64,000 nt of DNA from an uncultured delta proteobacterium (lineage in GTDB: Bacteria > Myxococcota_A > Polyangia > Fen-1088): positions 256,001 through 320,000 of the forward strand of contig CAVYGB010000008.1 of NCBI GenBank assembly GCA_963767925.1, read 5' to 3'. A program made the position numbers and the translations under genes. Each line of letters opens with the position of its first letter. Within the stretch, counting starts at the first letter, position 1. The notes below the pieces were generated by a model that saw only the letters and a program-made list of their open reading frames with translations, was not told the DNA's origin and ran no database searches. Of the stretch, positions 1 through 12,452 are shown piece after piece.

Positions 1-235
1 CGGCCAGGGCGAAGGTCAGCCCGTTGACCACGAGGTAAAATAGGCCGAGCGTCACGATCGTCAGCGGCAGGGTGAGCACCACCAGCACCGGTTTGACGAG
101 AGCGTTGACCAGACCCAGCATCAACGAGCCAATCGCCAGCGCGACTCCAGAGCTGACCGACACGCCGGGGAGGACGTAGGCCGCCACGCCGACGGCGAGG
201 GCGGTCACCACCCAGTGCACCAGAAAGAAGCCCAT
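1..235 (-). CDS. YvlD/DUF360 (4-TM holin superfamily IV) membrane protein, 3' end outside window
   Basis: Manual translation MGFFLVHWVVTALAVGVAAYVLPGV...LGLVNALVKPVLVVLTLPLTIVTLGLFYLVVNGL; TTGCAC-16-TATAAG upstream. Confidence 0.85.
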   Translation of the reverse strand, partial: MGFFLVHWVVTALAVGVAAYVLPGVSVSSGVALAIGSLMLGLVNALVKPVLVVLTLPLTIVTLGLFYLVVNGLTFALA

Positions 236-469
236 TTGCCCCTGCTTATACAGCGCCCCGGGCGAGGTGCAAGGTCAGTCGGTGTGCGCCGCGCTGGCGG
301 CGTCTCGTCGTCGACGAGAACCGACCGTCCCGTCGCGACCGGATGGAGCCCGCGTCGGGTCGCTCTCGACGGCGGCGTCGGTGGATCTTTCCATCCGGGT
401 TTGAGAATCGATTCCCTTGTTGCGGGTGCAAAGCGCATACGCCATTCTCCGTCCAGGGGACGATCGGAA

Positions 470-1882
<1,413 letters not shown>

Positions 1883-1890
1883 GCCCCCTC

Positions 1891-1920
1891 CGAAGGCCGC
1901 GGGGCGGCTTTCGTTTTTTC
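1891..1920 (+). terminator. intrinsic terminator
   Basis: CGAAGGCCGC / GCGGCTTTCG hairpin followed by a T run, just after the stop codon. Confidence 0.7.
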
Positions 1921-1957
1921 CTCGCGCCGGTCGGGGGGCGGGTGATGCTGGGGCGGC

Positions 1958-3189
1958 ATGCCCCTCGCTCCCGGATCGCCTCGGCCCGTCCGGCCGCCCC
2001 CGCGCTTCCGGCGGCGGCTGCTCCTCATCCTGGTGGCCGCGGGGCTGGGACCGCTCCTGGTCTGGGGCTGGCTGGGACAGTCGCTGCTGGAGGGGGCGCT
2101 GGCAGTCGCGCCGCCGGTGGGGTCGCTGCTCGGTCGGGCCGGCGAGGTGCTGGAGCGGACCGGGGTCGAGCCGCACCTGGTGGGCGACCTCCGCTCGGGT
2201 GAGCTGCATCTGGCCCAGGCCGACCTGGCCCGCCGCCGCCTGCTCGAGCGGGCCCCCGTCTCCTTCCTGATCGCCCTGCTGTTCTCCGCCGCGCTGGTGG
2301 GCGCGGCGGCCTGGCTGATCGGGCGCCGCCTCTCCCGCCCGGTCGAGCAGCTCGCCGCGACGATGGCCCGTTACGGCCGGGGCGAGCTCGACCACCAGGT
2401 CGAGGTCTCGGGGCGCAACGACGAGCTCGACTACCTGGCCCTCGAGCTGAACCGGATGGGGCGCGAGCTGGCCCTGCAGCGCGAGCGGCTGCGCATGAGC
2501 GAGGCGCTCGTGGCCTGGCGCGACACCGCTCGCACTCTGGCCCACGACCTGAAGAACCCCCTGACGGCGATGCGCATGGCCATCGGCCGGCTGGTGCGCC
2601 CGGGTCGCTCCCCGCAGGCGGTCGATGAGTCGGTGTCACTCTTGCAGGAGGAGCTCGACGTGCTGATCCGGATGAGTCAGAGCTTCGCCGAGTTCGCTCG
2701 CTTGCCCGAGCCGCAACCCCGCCCGGTCGACCTGGCCGCGCTCGTCGAGGAGGTGGCGACCCTCTACCGCGCCGAGCGCGCGGGCGGCGCGGTGCAGGTG
2801 GTGGCCCACCTGCGCCCGGTGGTGCTGGCCGACGCCGACCAGCTCCGCCGGGCCCTCGGCAACCTGCTCAAGAACGCCCTCGAGGCGTCGGCGGGCGGGG
2901 CCGGCGCGATCGAGATCGACCTTGGCCCGGCCGAGGTCCCGACGCGGGTCGCGATCGCCGTGCGCGACCGGGGCGCCGGCGTCGGCGCGCCGGTCGAGGG
3001 CGTCGATCTCATGCGCGGCCTGCGCAGCAGCAAGGCCCCGGGCAGCCGCGGCCTGGGGCTGCCCATCGCCTACAAGATCGTGCACGATCACGGGGGCCGT
3101 CTGCGGCTGGAGCCGGCCGCCGGCGGCGGCACCCGGGCGGTCGTCGAGCTGCCGGTGGCGGCGGCGGCCCGCAGCCAGGGAGAGGTGGC

Positions 3190-3193
<4 letters not shown>
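1958..3193 (+). CDS. HAMP-domain sensor histidine kinase (NtrY-like)
   Basis: 2 TM segments, HAMP, H-box [11 protein letters not shown]-box NLLKNA, GLGL. Confidence 0.9.
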
Positions 3194-4598
<1,405 letters not shown>

Positions 4599-5630
4599 TT
4601 CACCCGGCGGGGCAGGGCGTACAGGATCGCGGCCAGCGGCACCGTCAGGACCTGGCGGACCCGCAGCAGCAGGGTCATCGCCAGGCCCACCTCGGGACCG
4701 AGGCCCAGGGCCGCGGTGAGGGCGGCCTGGGTCCCCTCCTGGACGCCGATCTGGCTGGGGATGACCACCGCCGCCACCGAGAGCGCCACCGGGACCGCCG
4801 CCAGGCAGAGCAGGCTCGGCAGGTCGATGGCGACGCCGAGCGCGCGCAGGGCCACGTGGATCTCGAGGGTGAAGAAGGCCCGGGCCACCAGGTGTTGCCC
4901 CAGGGCCAGGGCCAGCCGCGCCCGGGGCCCGGTCACGATCGCGCGCAGCGCCTCGTCGAGCTGCACCTCCGGGATGTCGAGGTTCGCGGGGGCCCGCGAC
5001 GAGGAGAGGCGGGCCAGCCCCGCACGCAGCTTCAGCCCCGCCCGCAGCAGCGCCGTGAGGGGCGCGCCCCGGGCCGACAGCCACAGGCCCGCCAGCGGCA
5101 GCAGCGCGATGAGGCCCGCCGCGACGACCGCCGCCGGGATGAAGCGGGGCGGGAGCTGCGGCAGCAGGGCGGCGGCCCCCGCGCCCGCCGCGACCGCGAC
5201 CGCGCTGGCCAGCGCGAAGAGCAGCCGCTCGATCACCATCGCGGCCAGGCCGTGGGGCCAGGCCTGGCGGTCGAGCCAGAGCAGCCGGCTGACGTCCCCG
5301 ACGCTCAGGAGCGGCAAGATGGCGTTCATGCCAGCCGCGGCGGTGCGGCTGACAACGGCGGCGGCCACGCCGGGCCGCAGCGCGGGAGGCAGCAGCAGGC
5401 GCCAGGGCAGGGCGGAGACCGCGATCCCGGTGAAGCCAAACGCGAGCATGGCGAGCGCGGCGCCCGGCCGCACGCCCCGCAGGGTTTGCCAGATGCCCGC
5501 CACGCCCACCCGGCTCAGCAGGGTTGCCATGAGCGCCAGGCCGACCAGCCAGGCCAGGAGGGCCAGCCAGCGGGCGCGGGTCATGGGCCGTTACCGCCGG
5601 ACGGTGAGAGAGAGGCCATGGTCCGATGAT

Positions 5631-5672
5631 GTCAAAGTCACATCCAGCCCGTCGAGAGGATGTGTCCCTGAC
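5631..5672. promoter_or_regulatory. inverted repeat, candidate sigma54 enhancer (UAS)
   Basis: GTCAAAGTCACATCC ... GGATGTGTCCCTGAC, 12/15 match between arms, upstream of the -24/-12 box. Confidence 0.5.
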
Positions 5673-5716
5673 CCTGCCCGGGGCTGCACCGGGGGCGCGT
5701 CCATGCCAAAGTGGGC

Positions 5717-5732
5717 TGGCACGGAGCCTGCT
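5717..5732 (+). promoter_or_regulatory. sigma54 -24/-12 promoter
   Basis: TGGCACGGAGCCTGCT vs consensus TGGCACG-N4-TTGCW; 13 nt before ATG 5746. Confidence 0.75.
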
Positions 5733-5745
5733 GTTCGCAGCACCC

Positions 5746-8064
5746 ATGACGTTTCGTCGGTTCGCAGAGCGGTTCCAGGTGGTGACGGTACTGGTCGGGG
5801 CGGCGCTGGCCATCGGGAGCGCGACCGTCCAGGCCGCGCCGCCGCGCTGGCAGAGCACCCCGCCCCGGCCCCCGGAGGGCCCCGAGAAGGAGCGAGACGG
5901 CTGCCTGGAGAGCCCGACTGGCGATCCGGCCCTCGACGAGGTCGTGCGCGCCCTCGTCTTCCAGATCGGCGGCGAGCAGAAGCCGCTCGCAGCGGTGCGG
6001 CTGGCCGGACTGAGCGCGGTCAAGGAAGGGGCCCTCTGGGAGGCCGTCGGCGGCCAGCCGGCGAGCTGGGATCCCGCGCGCGCCGCCCTGGTGCTGCGGC
6101 GGCTGGTCAGGCTGGAGCTCTTCGACCAGATCGCGCCGGTCATCGAGGTGGACCCGGTGGCCGGTCCGACCCTGCTGGTCAACCTGGTCGAGCATCCCAG
6201 CGTGGTGAAGGTCGTGTTCGAGGGCCTGAGCGAGCTGCAGCCCGAAGGCCTCCTCGACGAGCTGCTCGACTCACCCTCGCCCGAAGAGGTGGAGCGGCGG
6301 CGGCTCCCCGCGCGCATCTCGGTCGCCGAGGCGGAGGGCGATCGGGACAGCCAGGAGATGAAGGACCTACCCCCCGGTCCCCGCGGGGCCCTGCGCCGCC
6401 TGAAGCGGATCTTCGAGAAGGAGCGCCGCGAGGAGCGGCGCTGCGCCGACCCGCTGCCGCCCCGGGACTGGCTGGCCCGGGCCGAGGGGGACACGGTGTT
6501 TCCCGGTCTGGTCTGGAAGGGGCTGGTGCCGGCGCTCGATCGGGTGCAACACCGCATGTTCCAGCGGGGCTACGAGCTGTCGCGCCTCGAGGCCGAGCTG
6601 GCCCCCGACGGAACCCTCACCGTCCGGATCGACGAGGGCAAGATCAGCCGGGTGGAGGTGAGCGGGGTCGCCGGCCGGCTGACGCCGGAGGTCCGCAACC
6701 TGGTCGGCATCCAGCCGGGTGAGCCCTTCGTGGAGTCCGATCTCGACGAGAGTCTGCGGCGGATCGAGCGGGCCTTCCCCTTTCTGCGCCCCCATCGCCA
6801 GGAGCTGACCAGCCGGGCCGAGCCGGGGATCGAGGAGCTGCCGGCCGGGGAGGGCCCCCGCCGCTACCGCAGCGTCGAGCGGCCACCGGCGACCGAGCAC
6901 CGCTGGTTCACCGTCTCGGGGGGCACCCTTGTCGTCCACCTCAAGGCCCAGCGGGGGGACAGCGACACCAGCCTCCAGGAGATCTTGCGCCACACGCCGG
7001 TGACGAGCTTCGCCCCCGGCCTGGAGACGACGGGCAAGTTGTGGGATCCGGAGAACCGGGTCCACGTGATGCTCGACCTCGACGGCAACGTCAACACCCA
7101 CCGCGCCTCCGAGGCGGCGCCGGGCACGGAGCGCTGGCGCTTCGACGGGCGGGCCGGGGGGCGGGTGCAGATCCCCGGCCTGAAGGTGGCCGAGCTGGGC
7201 GTGCAGGTCTACACGCTGGTCGACACCTCCGACCGCTGGCGGCTGGGGGCCATCGACTCTTACATCTATTCGCTGCTGATCAACCGGCCGGACAGCGACT
7301 ACTTTCACCGGGAGGGCCTGACCGCCTTCCTCACGTTTCATCTGTTCGACCGGCTGACCGCCGGCGTCGAATACCGCCGGGACCGCTACCAGTCGCTGGT
7401 CTCGGCCGGCGACGTGTTCACGCTCTTCCGGCGATCGGAGCTGGCGCCGTTCACTCCGCTCATCAACGAGGGGCGGATGGGCTCGGTCCTCGTCCGGCTG
7501 GAGTATTCGACCCACGCCGTGCCCCTGCACCGGCTGGGCAGCCGCCGCCGCGACGCCGAGCGCTCGCTGGTGGCGGGCGACGGGCCATCCTTCTGGACGG
7601 AGCTGCGCACGGTCAACACCGTCGAGATCGCCGATCCGGACCTGGGGGGCGACGCTGCCTTCCAGTTCGTCCGCCTGGTGAGCGATACCGCCGTCTTCCT
7701 TGGCGGCAGCCGCCGGTCGGGCATCAAGCTGCGCGGCCGGGCGGCCGGCCAGCTCGGCGACGGGGCCGTCCCCCTGCAGAAGCGGGAGGCGCTCGGGGGC
7801 TGGTCGGCGCTGCGCGGGTATGGCTTCAAGGAGGTCGCCGGCGACTTCTCGCTGCTGGGCACCGCCGAATACCGCAACGACGGCCTCTCCCTGTTCGTCG
7901 ACGCGGGCTCGGTCCGGGCGGGCGGCGCCTTCACCGATCCCCGGGTGGGGTTCGGGGCCTCGCTGAACTTCGGAGACGAGGCCCGCTTCGACGTGGCCTG
8001 GCGGGCCGACGGGGAGGCCAGCTGGCGCCCCGAGGCCCGGCTGCTGTTCGAGAGGACCTTCTGA
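5746..8064 (+). CDS. Omp85/BamA-TamA superfamily outer-membrane protein with POTRA-like domains
   Basis: Signal peptide, POTRA-like segments (VNLVEHPSVVKVVFEG; TVRIDEGKISRVEVSG), LRGY loop motif, C-terminal Phe (FERTF). Confidence 0.75.
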   Translation: MTFRRFAERFQVVTVLVGAALAIGSATVQAAPPRWQSTPPRPPEGPEKERDGCLESPTGDPALDEVVRALVFQIGGEQKPLAAVRLAGLSAVKEGALWEAVGGQPASWDPARAALVLRRLVRLELFDQIAPVIEVDPVAGPTLLVNLVEHPSVVKVVFEGLSELQPEGLLDELLDSPSPEEVERRRLPARISVAEAEGDRDSQEMKDLPPGPRGALRRLKRIFEKERREERRCADPLPPRDWLARAEGDTVFPGLVWKGLVPALDRVQHRMFQRGYELSRLEAELAPDGTLTVRIDEGKISRVEVSGVAGRLTPEVRNLVGIQPGEPFVESDLDESLRRIERAFPFLRPHRQELTSRAEPGIEELPAGEGPRRYRSVERPPATEHRWFTVSGGTLVVHLKAQRGDSDTSLQEILRHTPVTSFAPGLETTGKLWDPENRVHVMLDLDGNVNTHRASEAAPGTERWRFDGRAGGRVQIPGLKVAELGVQVYTLVDTSDRWRLGAIDSYIYSLLINRPDSDYFHREGLTAFLTFHLFDRLTAGVEYRRDRYQSLVSAGDVFTLFRRSELAPFTPLINEGRMGSVLVRLEYSTHAVPLHRLGSRRRDAERSLVAGDGPSFWTELRTVNTVEIADPDLGGDAAFQFVRLVSDTAVFLGGSRRSGIKLRGRAAGQLGDGAVPLQKREALGGWSALRGYGFKEVAGDFSLLGTAEYRNDGLSLFVDAGSVRAGGAFTDPRVGFGASLNFGDEARFDVAWRADGEASWRPEARLLFERTF

Positions 8065-8101
8065 TGAATTACCGGCACCCTCCGAGGTTCTCCCCGCCAA
8101 C

Positions 8102-8746
8102 GTGACCCGTCGTCCCCGTCGCGTCCGCGCCCTGCTGCTGCTGGCGGCCCTCCTGGCCGCCGGAGGGGCTCGCGCGGCCTGGGCCCAGCCGGCGCTCTCC
8201 TGCCGGGCCGACCCGGCCGGGCAGCGGGCGATCCTGCAGGTGTCGCTGGCCGATCTCTTCGACGAGGAGCTGCTCCGGCTGGTCCAGCTCGGCCTGGTCG
8301 GACGCCTGCGGATCCAGGCGACCCTCTACCGGCCCCGGGCCCTCTGGTTCGACGCCCGCCTCGCCGAGACGAGCCGGGAGCTGGCCGTCTCCTGGTCACG
8401 CGAGGAAGAGACCTTCACCGTCGAGGGCCGGCCGGTCTCGCACCCCAACCGGCTCGAGCTGCCCGAGCTGGTCCTGGGCCCGGCGCCAGGCAGCGACGGC
8501 GCCGGTGACCAAGCCTACGTCGAGGTGAATGCCCGGCTCGAGGTGATCACGGCCAGCAGCCTCGGCCAGGTGGCGCGCTGGCTGGTGCGGGGCAAGCCGG
8601 GCGCCACCCGGCGGGCGGCGCCCGACCGAGCGGAGAGCAGCTCTCCGCTGGTCCCCCGGGCGCTCGTCGAATACCTGGCCGCGGACCTGGCCCGGACCAC
8701 CATCGGCAGCTGTCCCCTGCGCCGCAGCCGGCGCCCGCTCCGCTGA
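8102..8746 (+). CDS. exported DUF4390-like protein
   Basis: Signal peptide; LYRPRALWFDARLAE pattern resembling DUF4390; context beside an NtrYX-like pair. Confidence 0.6.
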   Translation: MTRRPRRVRALLLLAALLAAGGARAAWAQPALSCRADPAGQRAILQVSLADLFDEELLRLVQLGLVGRLRIQATLYRPRALWFDARLAETSRELAVSWSREEETFTVEGRPVSHPNRLELPELVLGPAPGSDGAGDQAYVEVNARLEVITASSLGQVARWLVRGKPGATRRAAPDRAESSSPLVPRALVEYLAADLARTTIGSCPLRRSRRPLR

Positions 8747-8777
8747 GGGGCGATCAGCCGCCCTTCGATCCCGGGGA

Positions 8778-9416
8778 CTAGCCGCCCGACTTTTCCAGCA
8801 CGAGGCCCTCGGGTGAGGCCACCACCTGGTAGACCGCTCCCGTCTCGGGGGCCGCCGCCACCGAGGCGGCCTGCCACTCGCGCACCACCAGCCCCATCGG
8901 CCAGGGCACCGAGGGGCTGCCCGGGCGGAGCCACTCGGGGTTGCGGGTCGGGGGGCTCGTCTCGCCGACCCGGGTGACCCGGACCAGCGCGCTCACCCCC
9001 AGCCGCGAGGGCAGGGCCCGCATGCGCACGAGGTCGGCCGACACGAGGCAGGCCGTGCCCGCGCTGTCGAAGCTCTGCGGCTGCGCGCTACCCTCCACCG
9101 GAGCGAAGGTGATGCGCACCCGGCCCGGAGCGCCCTGCTCGCAGCGGAGCTCGGCCAGGCGTACCCGACCCTCCAGGCGGGCGTGATCGCGCAGCAGGCG
9201 GGTGATCCCGTACGCCACGCCACCGATGCTGAGCAGGCCGGCGCACAGGGCCGTGACGATCACGTAGGTCGCACCTCCCAGTGGCACCCGGGGCCGGTCG
9301 AACAGGCGCCGGAGCGCGCAGGACGCCAGCCAGAGGAAGAGCACCGCCCCCGCCAGGCCCGCCGCGCCGCCGACGGCGATCAGCAGGTAGGGGGAGTCGT
9401 GCAGCGAGCCGGTCAC
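8778..9416 (-). CDS. hypothetical membrane protein (2 TM + exposed domain)
   Basis: Two hydrophobic helices; TTGCCG-17-TAAATT promoter 9 nt before GTG. Confidence 0.65.
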   Translation of the reverse strand: MTGSLHDSPYLLIAVGGAAGLAGAVLFLWLASCALRRLFDRPRVPLGGATYVIVTALCAGLLSIGGVAYGITRLLRDHARLEGRVRLAELRCEQGAPGRVRITFAPVEGSAQPQSFDSAGTACLVSADLVRMRALPSRLGVSALVRVTRVGETSPPTRNPEWLRPGSPSVPWPMGLVVREWQAASVAAAPETGAVYQVVASPEGLVLEKSGG

Positions 9417-9617
9417 GTCGGCACCAATTTAACGACAGGCCGTCGCCCCGGCAAGCCGCGCCGAGGCGGAGGCCGCGCAAGCCGCGGTGGTGGCGGGCGA
9501 ATCCTGTCAGGCGCGGGCGAGCGTCGACAACGTGTAATCCCCGATGGGAGACCGCAGGCAGTCCGGAAGCCGCAGCTACCCGAGAGTGTCGCGCACCTCT
9601 TCGGCTCAGCCGGTGTG

Positions 9618-9672
9618 CTAGGGATTGTTTTCGAAGTAGTCGGGTCCCCTCGCTTCGCTCGGGCCCGACTGG
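9618..9672. repeat. CTAG-bounded REP-like mini-element, copy 1
   Basis: 9620-9672 matches 63204-63256 at 50/53 nt; GTAG followed by a GTCGGG/CCCGAC hairpin. Confidence 0.85.
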
Positions 9673-10997
9673 TCGAGCTTTCGCCTGGCCAAGGACCGCC
9701 ATAGCCCGTGGAAGACCGCACCCGCGCCGATGGTGAGCACCCCGGCGAGGGCCACGACGGGACGGCGGGCGATCGCCTCGGCGGCCATCCAGACCGAAAG
9801 CGAGAAGTAGACGACCGCCGGCAGGGGCCAGGCCGGCGCGCGATAGGGGCGAGGGGTACCCCGCTCACGGCGCCGGAGCACCACCGCCGCGAGCACCGTG
9901 GCGGCCGCGCTGAGACCCAGGGTGAATCCCACGTAGAGGAGCAGCGCCTCGAAGGTCGCCGTCGAGGCCAGCGCCAGGGCCAGGGCCCCTTGTAGCAGAG
10001 CGCCGGCGCTGGGGGCTCCGCGCCGGTTGCGGCGGGCCAGGCTGGCGAAGAACATCCCGTCCTCGGCCATCGCGAGGTAGACCCGCGGGCCGGTCATCGC
10101 CAGCGCGCTCACCGAGGCGGCCAGGATCAAGCAGATCAGGCCGGACAGGGCGCGGGCCGCGCCTTCGCCGAACAGGGCCCGGGCCCCCGTGTGCGCCACC
10201 TCGATCTTGCCGGCCAGCTCGGCCGGCGCCACCGCGTACAGGAGGATCGCATTGAGCGCGACATAGAGGGCGGTGACGAGGCCACAGCCCAGCAGCAGCG
10301 CGCGGGGCAGGTCCCTGCGCGGCTCGCGCAGCTCGGCCGTCACGTAGGCCGCCGCGCTCCAGCCGAAGTAGCTGTACGAGACGAGCACCAGACCGATGGC
10401 CAGCCCGCCCAGGCTGGGGGCGGGCAGTAGGGTGCCCGGCGGGGAAGGGGCGGGCGCGGCGCCGGCGGCTGGTCCCGAAAACGTGGCCAGCGCGCCGAGC
10501 CCGATCAGGCCCGCCATGGCGAGCACGTTGAGCCCGGTCACCGCCGTCTGGAGCCGGCCGGCCCAGATCACCTCTTGCGCGTGCAGCAGGGTGACGAGCG
10601 CGATCAGGAGCAGCGCCGCCGCGTTTGCCGGCGCGCCCGGCCAGGCCGCCTGCAGGTAGCGCCCGAAGGCGGCGGCGCCGGCCGCCATGGGCGCCGCGAA
10701 GCCCACCAGCAGGGCGACCCATCCCGAGAGGAACCCGACGACGGGATGAAAGGCCCGCGACAGGTAGACGTATTCGCCCCCCACCCGCGGCAACATGGCC
10801 CCGAGCTCGGCGTACACCGCGGCCCCCGACAGCGCCAGCACGCCACCGACCACCCAGCACAGCAGGACCGCCCAGCGCGTGCCCAGCTCCGACAGCAGAA
10901 ACCCGCTCGTGGTGAAGACCCCGGTCCCCAGCATGCTCCCGATCACCAGCGCCCCCCCACCCCACCCCGAAAGCCTCCCCTCCCCCCCGCCCGTCAT
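9618..10997 (-). CDS. APC-family amino acid permease
   Basis: GSMLGTGVF, YAELGAMLPRVGGEYVY, YSYFGW motifs; about 12 TM. Confidence 0.9.
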   Translation of the reverse strand: MTGGGEGRLSGWGGGALVIGSMLGTGVFTTSGFLLSELGTRWAVLLCWVVGGVLALSGAAVYAELGAMLPRVGGEYVYLSRAFHPVVGFLSGWVALLVGFAAPMAAGAAAFGRYLQAAWPGAPANAAALLLIALVTLLHAQEVIWAGRLQTAVTGLNVLAMAGLIGLGALATFSGPAAGAAPAPSPPGTLLPAPSLGGLAIGLVLVSYSYFGWSAAAYVTAELREPRRDLPRALLLGCGLVTALYVALNAILLYAVAPAELAGKIEVAHTGARALFGEGAARALSGLICLILAASVSALAMTGPRVYLAMAEDGMFFASLARRNRRGAPSAGALLQGALALALASTATFEALLLYVGFTLGLSAAATVLAAVVLRRRERGTPRPYRAPAWPLPAVVYFSLSVWMAAEAIARRPVVALAGVLTIGAGAVFHGLWRSLARRKLDQSGPSEARGPDYFENNP

Positions 10998-11015
10998 CCT
11001 GATCCCCGTCAGTCA

Positions 11016-11220
11016 TCTCTGATCCGAGCTGAACATCTCCATCCACCCAACGCGAGCACCGCCCAACCTTCCACTTTATCCCGCCCGTCCGTAATCTCCG
11101 CGCCGGTCGACATCATCGCGTTCAGCGAGCCCTCTTCCGGGGGCCGCCTTCCACTCCGTCTCTGATCCGAGCTGAACATCTCCATCCATCCAACGCCAGG
11201 ACCACCCAACGCTCCACTTT
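11016..11220. repeat. ~62-bp imperfect direct repeat, 2 copies, 143-bp period
   Basis: TCTCTGATCCGAGCTGAACATCTCCATCCA(C/T)CCAACGC...TCCACTTT at 11016 and 11159. Confidence 0.9.
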
Positions 11221-11341
11221 CTGCGTTCGGAGGCGGGCTCCGCCGGCCGGAGAGACATTCCGCCGCAGCTTCAATCGTCACTCCTCCGTCGGGGAGAGGG
11301 CTCGGGGGAGGGGGCACGGTCTGCCGTGTCCCCTTCCCCGC

Positions 11342-12388
11342 TCAGTAAATCATCCACCGCCGAGGGAGGAAGTGCTCCTCGTAGGTGCGGAGGGCGTAAC
11401 GGTCGGTCATGCCGGTGATGAAGTCGGCGATGGCGCGGGGGAGCGGCTCGTCCTCGGGCAGGCCCTTGGGCCAGTGTTTCTCCCGGAACTCGTCGGCGTG
11501 GCTGTGAAAGTGGGACCAGAGCTCGCTCAGCACCCGCTGGGCCCGCTCGAACTCGTGCCGGATCTCCGGGCGCTCGTAGACCGTCTCGTAGAGAAAATCC
11601 CGGAGCGAGATGAGCGCCGCCAGCACCTCCTCGGTCATGCGGATCTGCCGCTTCTCCTCCAGGCGGGAGGCCGTGATCACGTCCATCACCAGCCGGGTGA
11701 TGCGCTCGCTGTGGGTGGCGCCGAGCATCGCCAGGATCGCCGGCGGCACTTGCTCGGCCGAGAGGACCCGCCCGCGGATGGCGTCGTCCAGGTCGTGGTT
11801 GACGTAGGCCACGATGTCGCTGATGCGCACGATCTGGCCCTCGAGGGTCATCGCCAGCAGGTTCGGGTTGTCGGAGATGATGTGTCCCTTGCCCTTGGAA
11901 TGCTTGAGGATGCCGTCGCGCACCTCCGCCGACAGGTTCAGGCCGCGCCCGTCCCGGGCCAGCACGTCCACCACGCGCAGCGACTGCTTGACGTGGTGAA
12001 AGCCATCGGGGAGCAGCTTGGCCAGCACCTTCTCCCCGGCGTGTCCGAAGGGGGTGTGACCCAGGTCATGGCCCATGACGATGGCCTCGGTGAGCGACTC
12101 GTTCAGCCGCAGGGCCCGCGTGATGGTGCGGGCGATCTGGGCCACCTCGAGGGTGTGGGTCATCCGCGTGCGGTAGTGGTCCCCCTCGGGGGCCAGGAAG
12201 ACCTGGGTCTTGCCGCCCAGGCGGCGGAAGGCCTTGGAGTGGATGATCCGGTCGCGGTCGTGCTGGAAGATGGGCCGGATGTCGTCGAGCGGCTCGGGCC
12301 GCTGGCGGCCCCGGCTGGTCCGGCTCCTCTGCGCGAACGGCGACAGGACCTGGTCCTCGTCGGCCTCGAGCTGTTCGCGAATGGTCAT
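11342..12388 (-). CDS. dgt: deoxyguanosinetriphosphate triphosphohydrolase (HD domain)
   Basis: FQHDRDRIIHSKAFRRL..KTQV, RTRMTHTLEV, GHDLGHTPFGHAGE, DFITGMTD. Confidence 0.93.
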   Translation of the reverse strand: MTIREQLEADEDQVLSPFAQRSRTSRGRQRPEPLDDIRPIFQHDRDRIIHSKAFRRLGGKTQVFLAPEGDHYRTRMTHTLEVAQIARTITRALRLNESLTEAIVMGHDLGHTPFGHAGEKVLAKLLPDGFHHVKQSLRVVDVLARDGRGLNLSAEVRDGILKHSKGKGHIISDNPNLLAMTLEGQIVRISDIVAYVNHDLDDAIRGRVLSAEQVPPAILAMLGATHSERITRLVMDVITASRLEEKRQIRMTEEVLAALISLRDFLYETVYERPEIRHEFERAQRVLSELWSHFHSHADEFREKHWPKGLPEDEPLPRAIADFITGMTDRYALRTYEEHFLPRRWMIY

Positions 12389-12452
12389 CCCCGAATAAGA
12401 GCGCCAAGACCGGCCGAACGCCAGCGACATCGACCCGGCGGGTCGGGCGGCA

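Noticed and set aside
1..235. Holin-family annotation as a sign of a prophage
   Set aside because: YvlD/DUF360 proteins are ordinary chromosomal genes; no phage genes in the window
9550..9582. CAGGCAGTCCGGAAGCCGCAGC resembling the SRP RNA (ffs) core
   Set aside because: Bases flanking the GGAA loop do not pair as required, and no long enclosing SRP helix is evident
11016..11220. Direct repeats as a CRISPR array
   Set aside because: Only two diverged 62-bp units with an ~80-bp spacer and no cas genes
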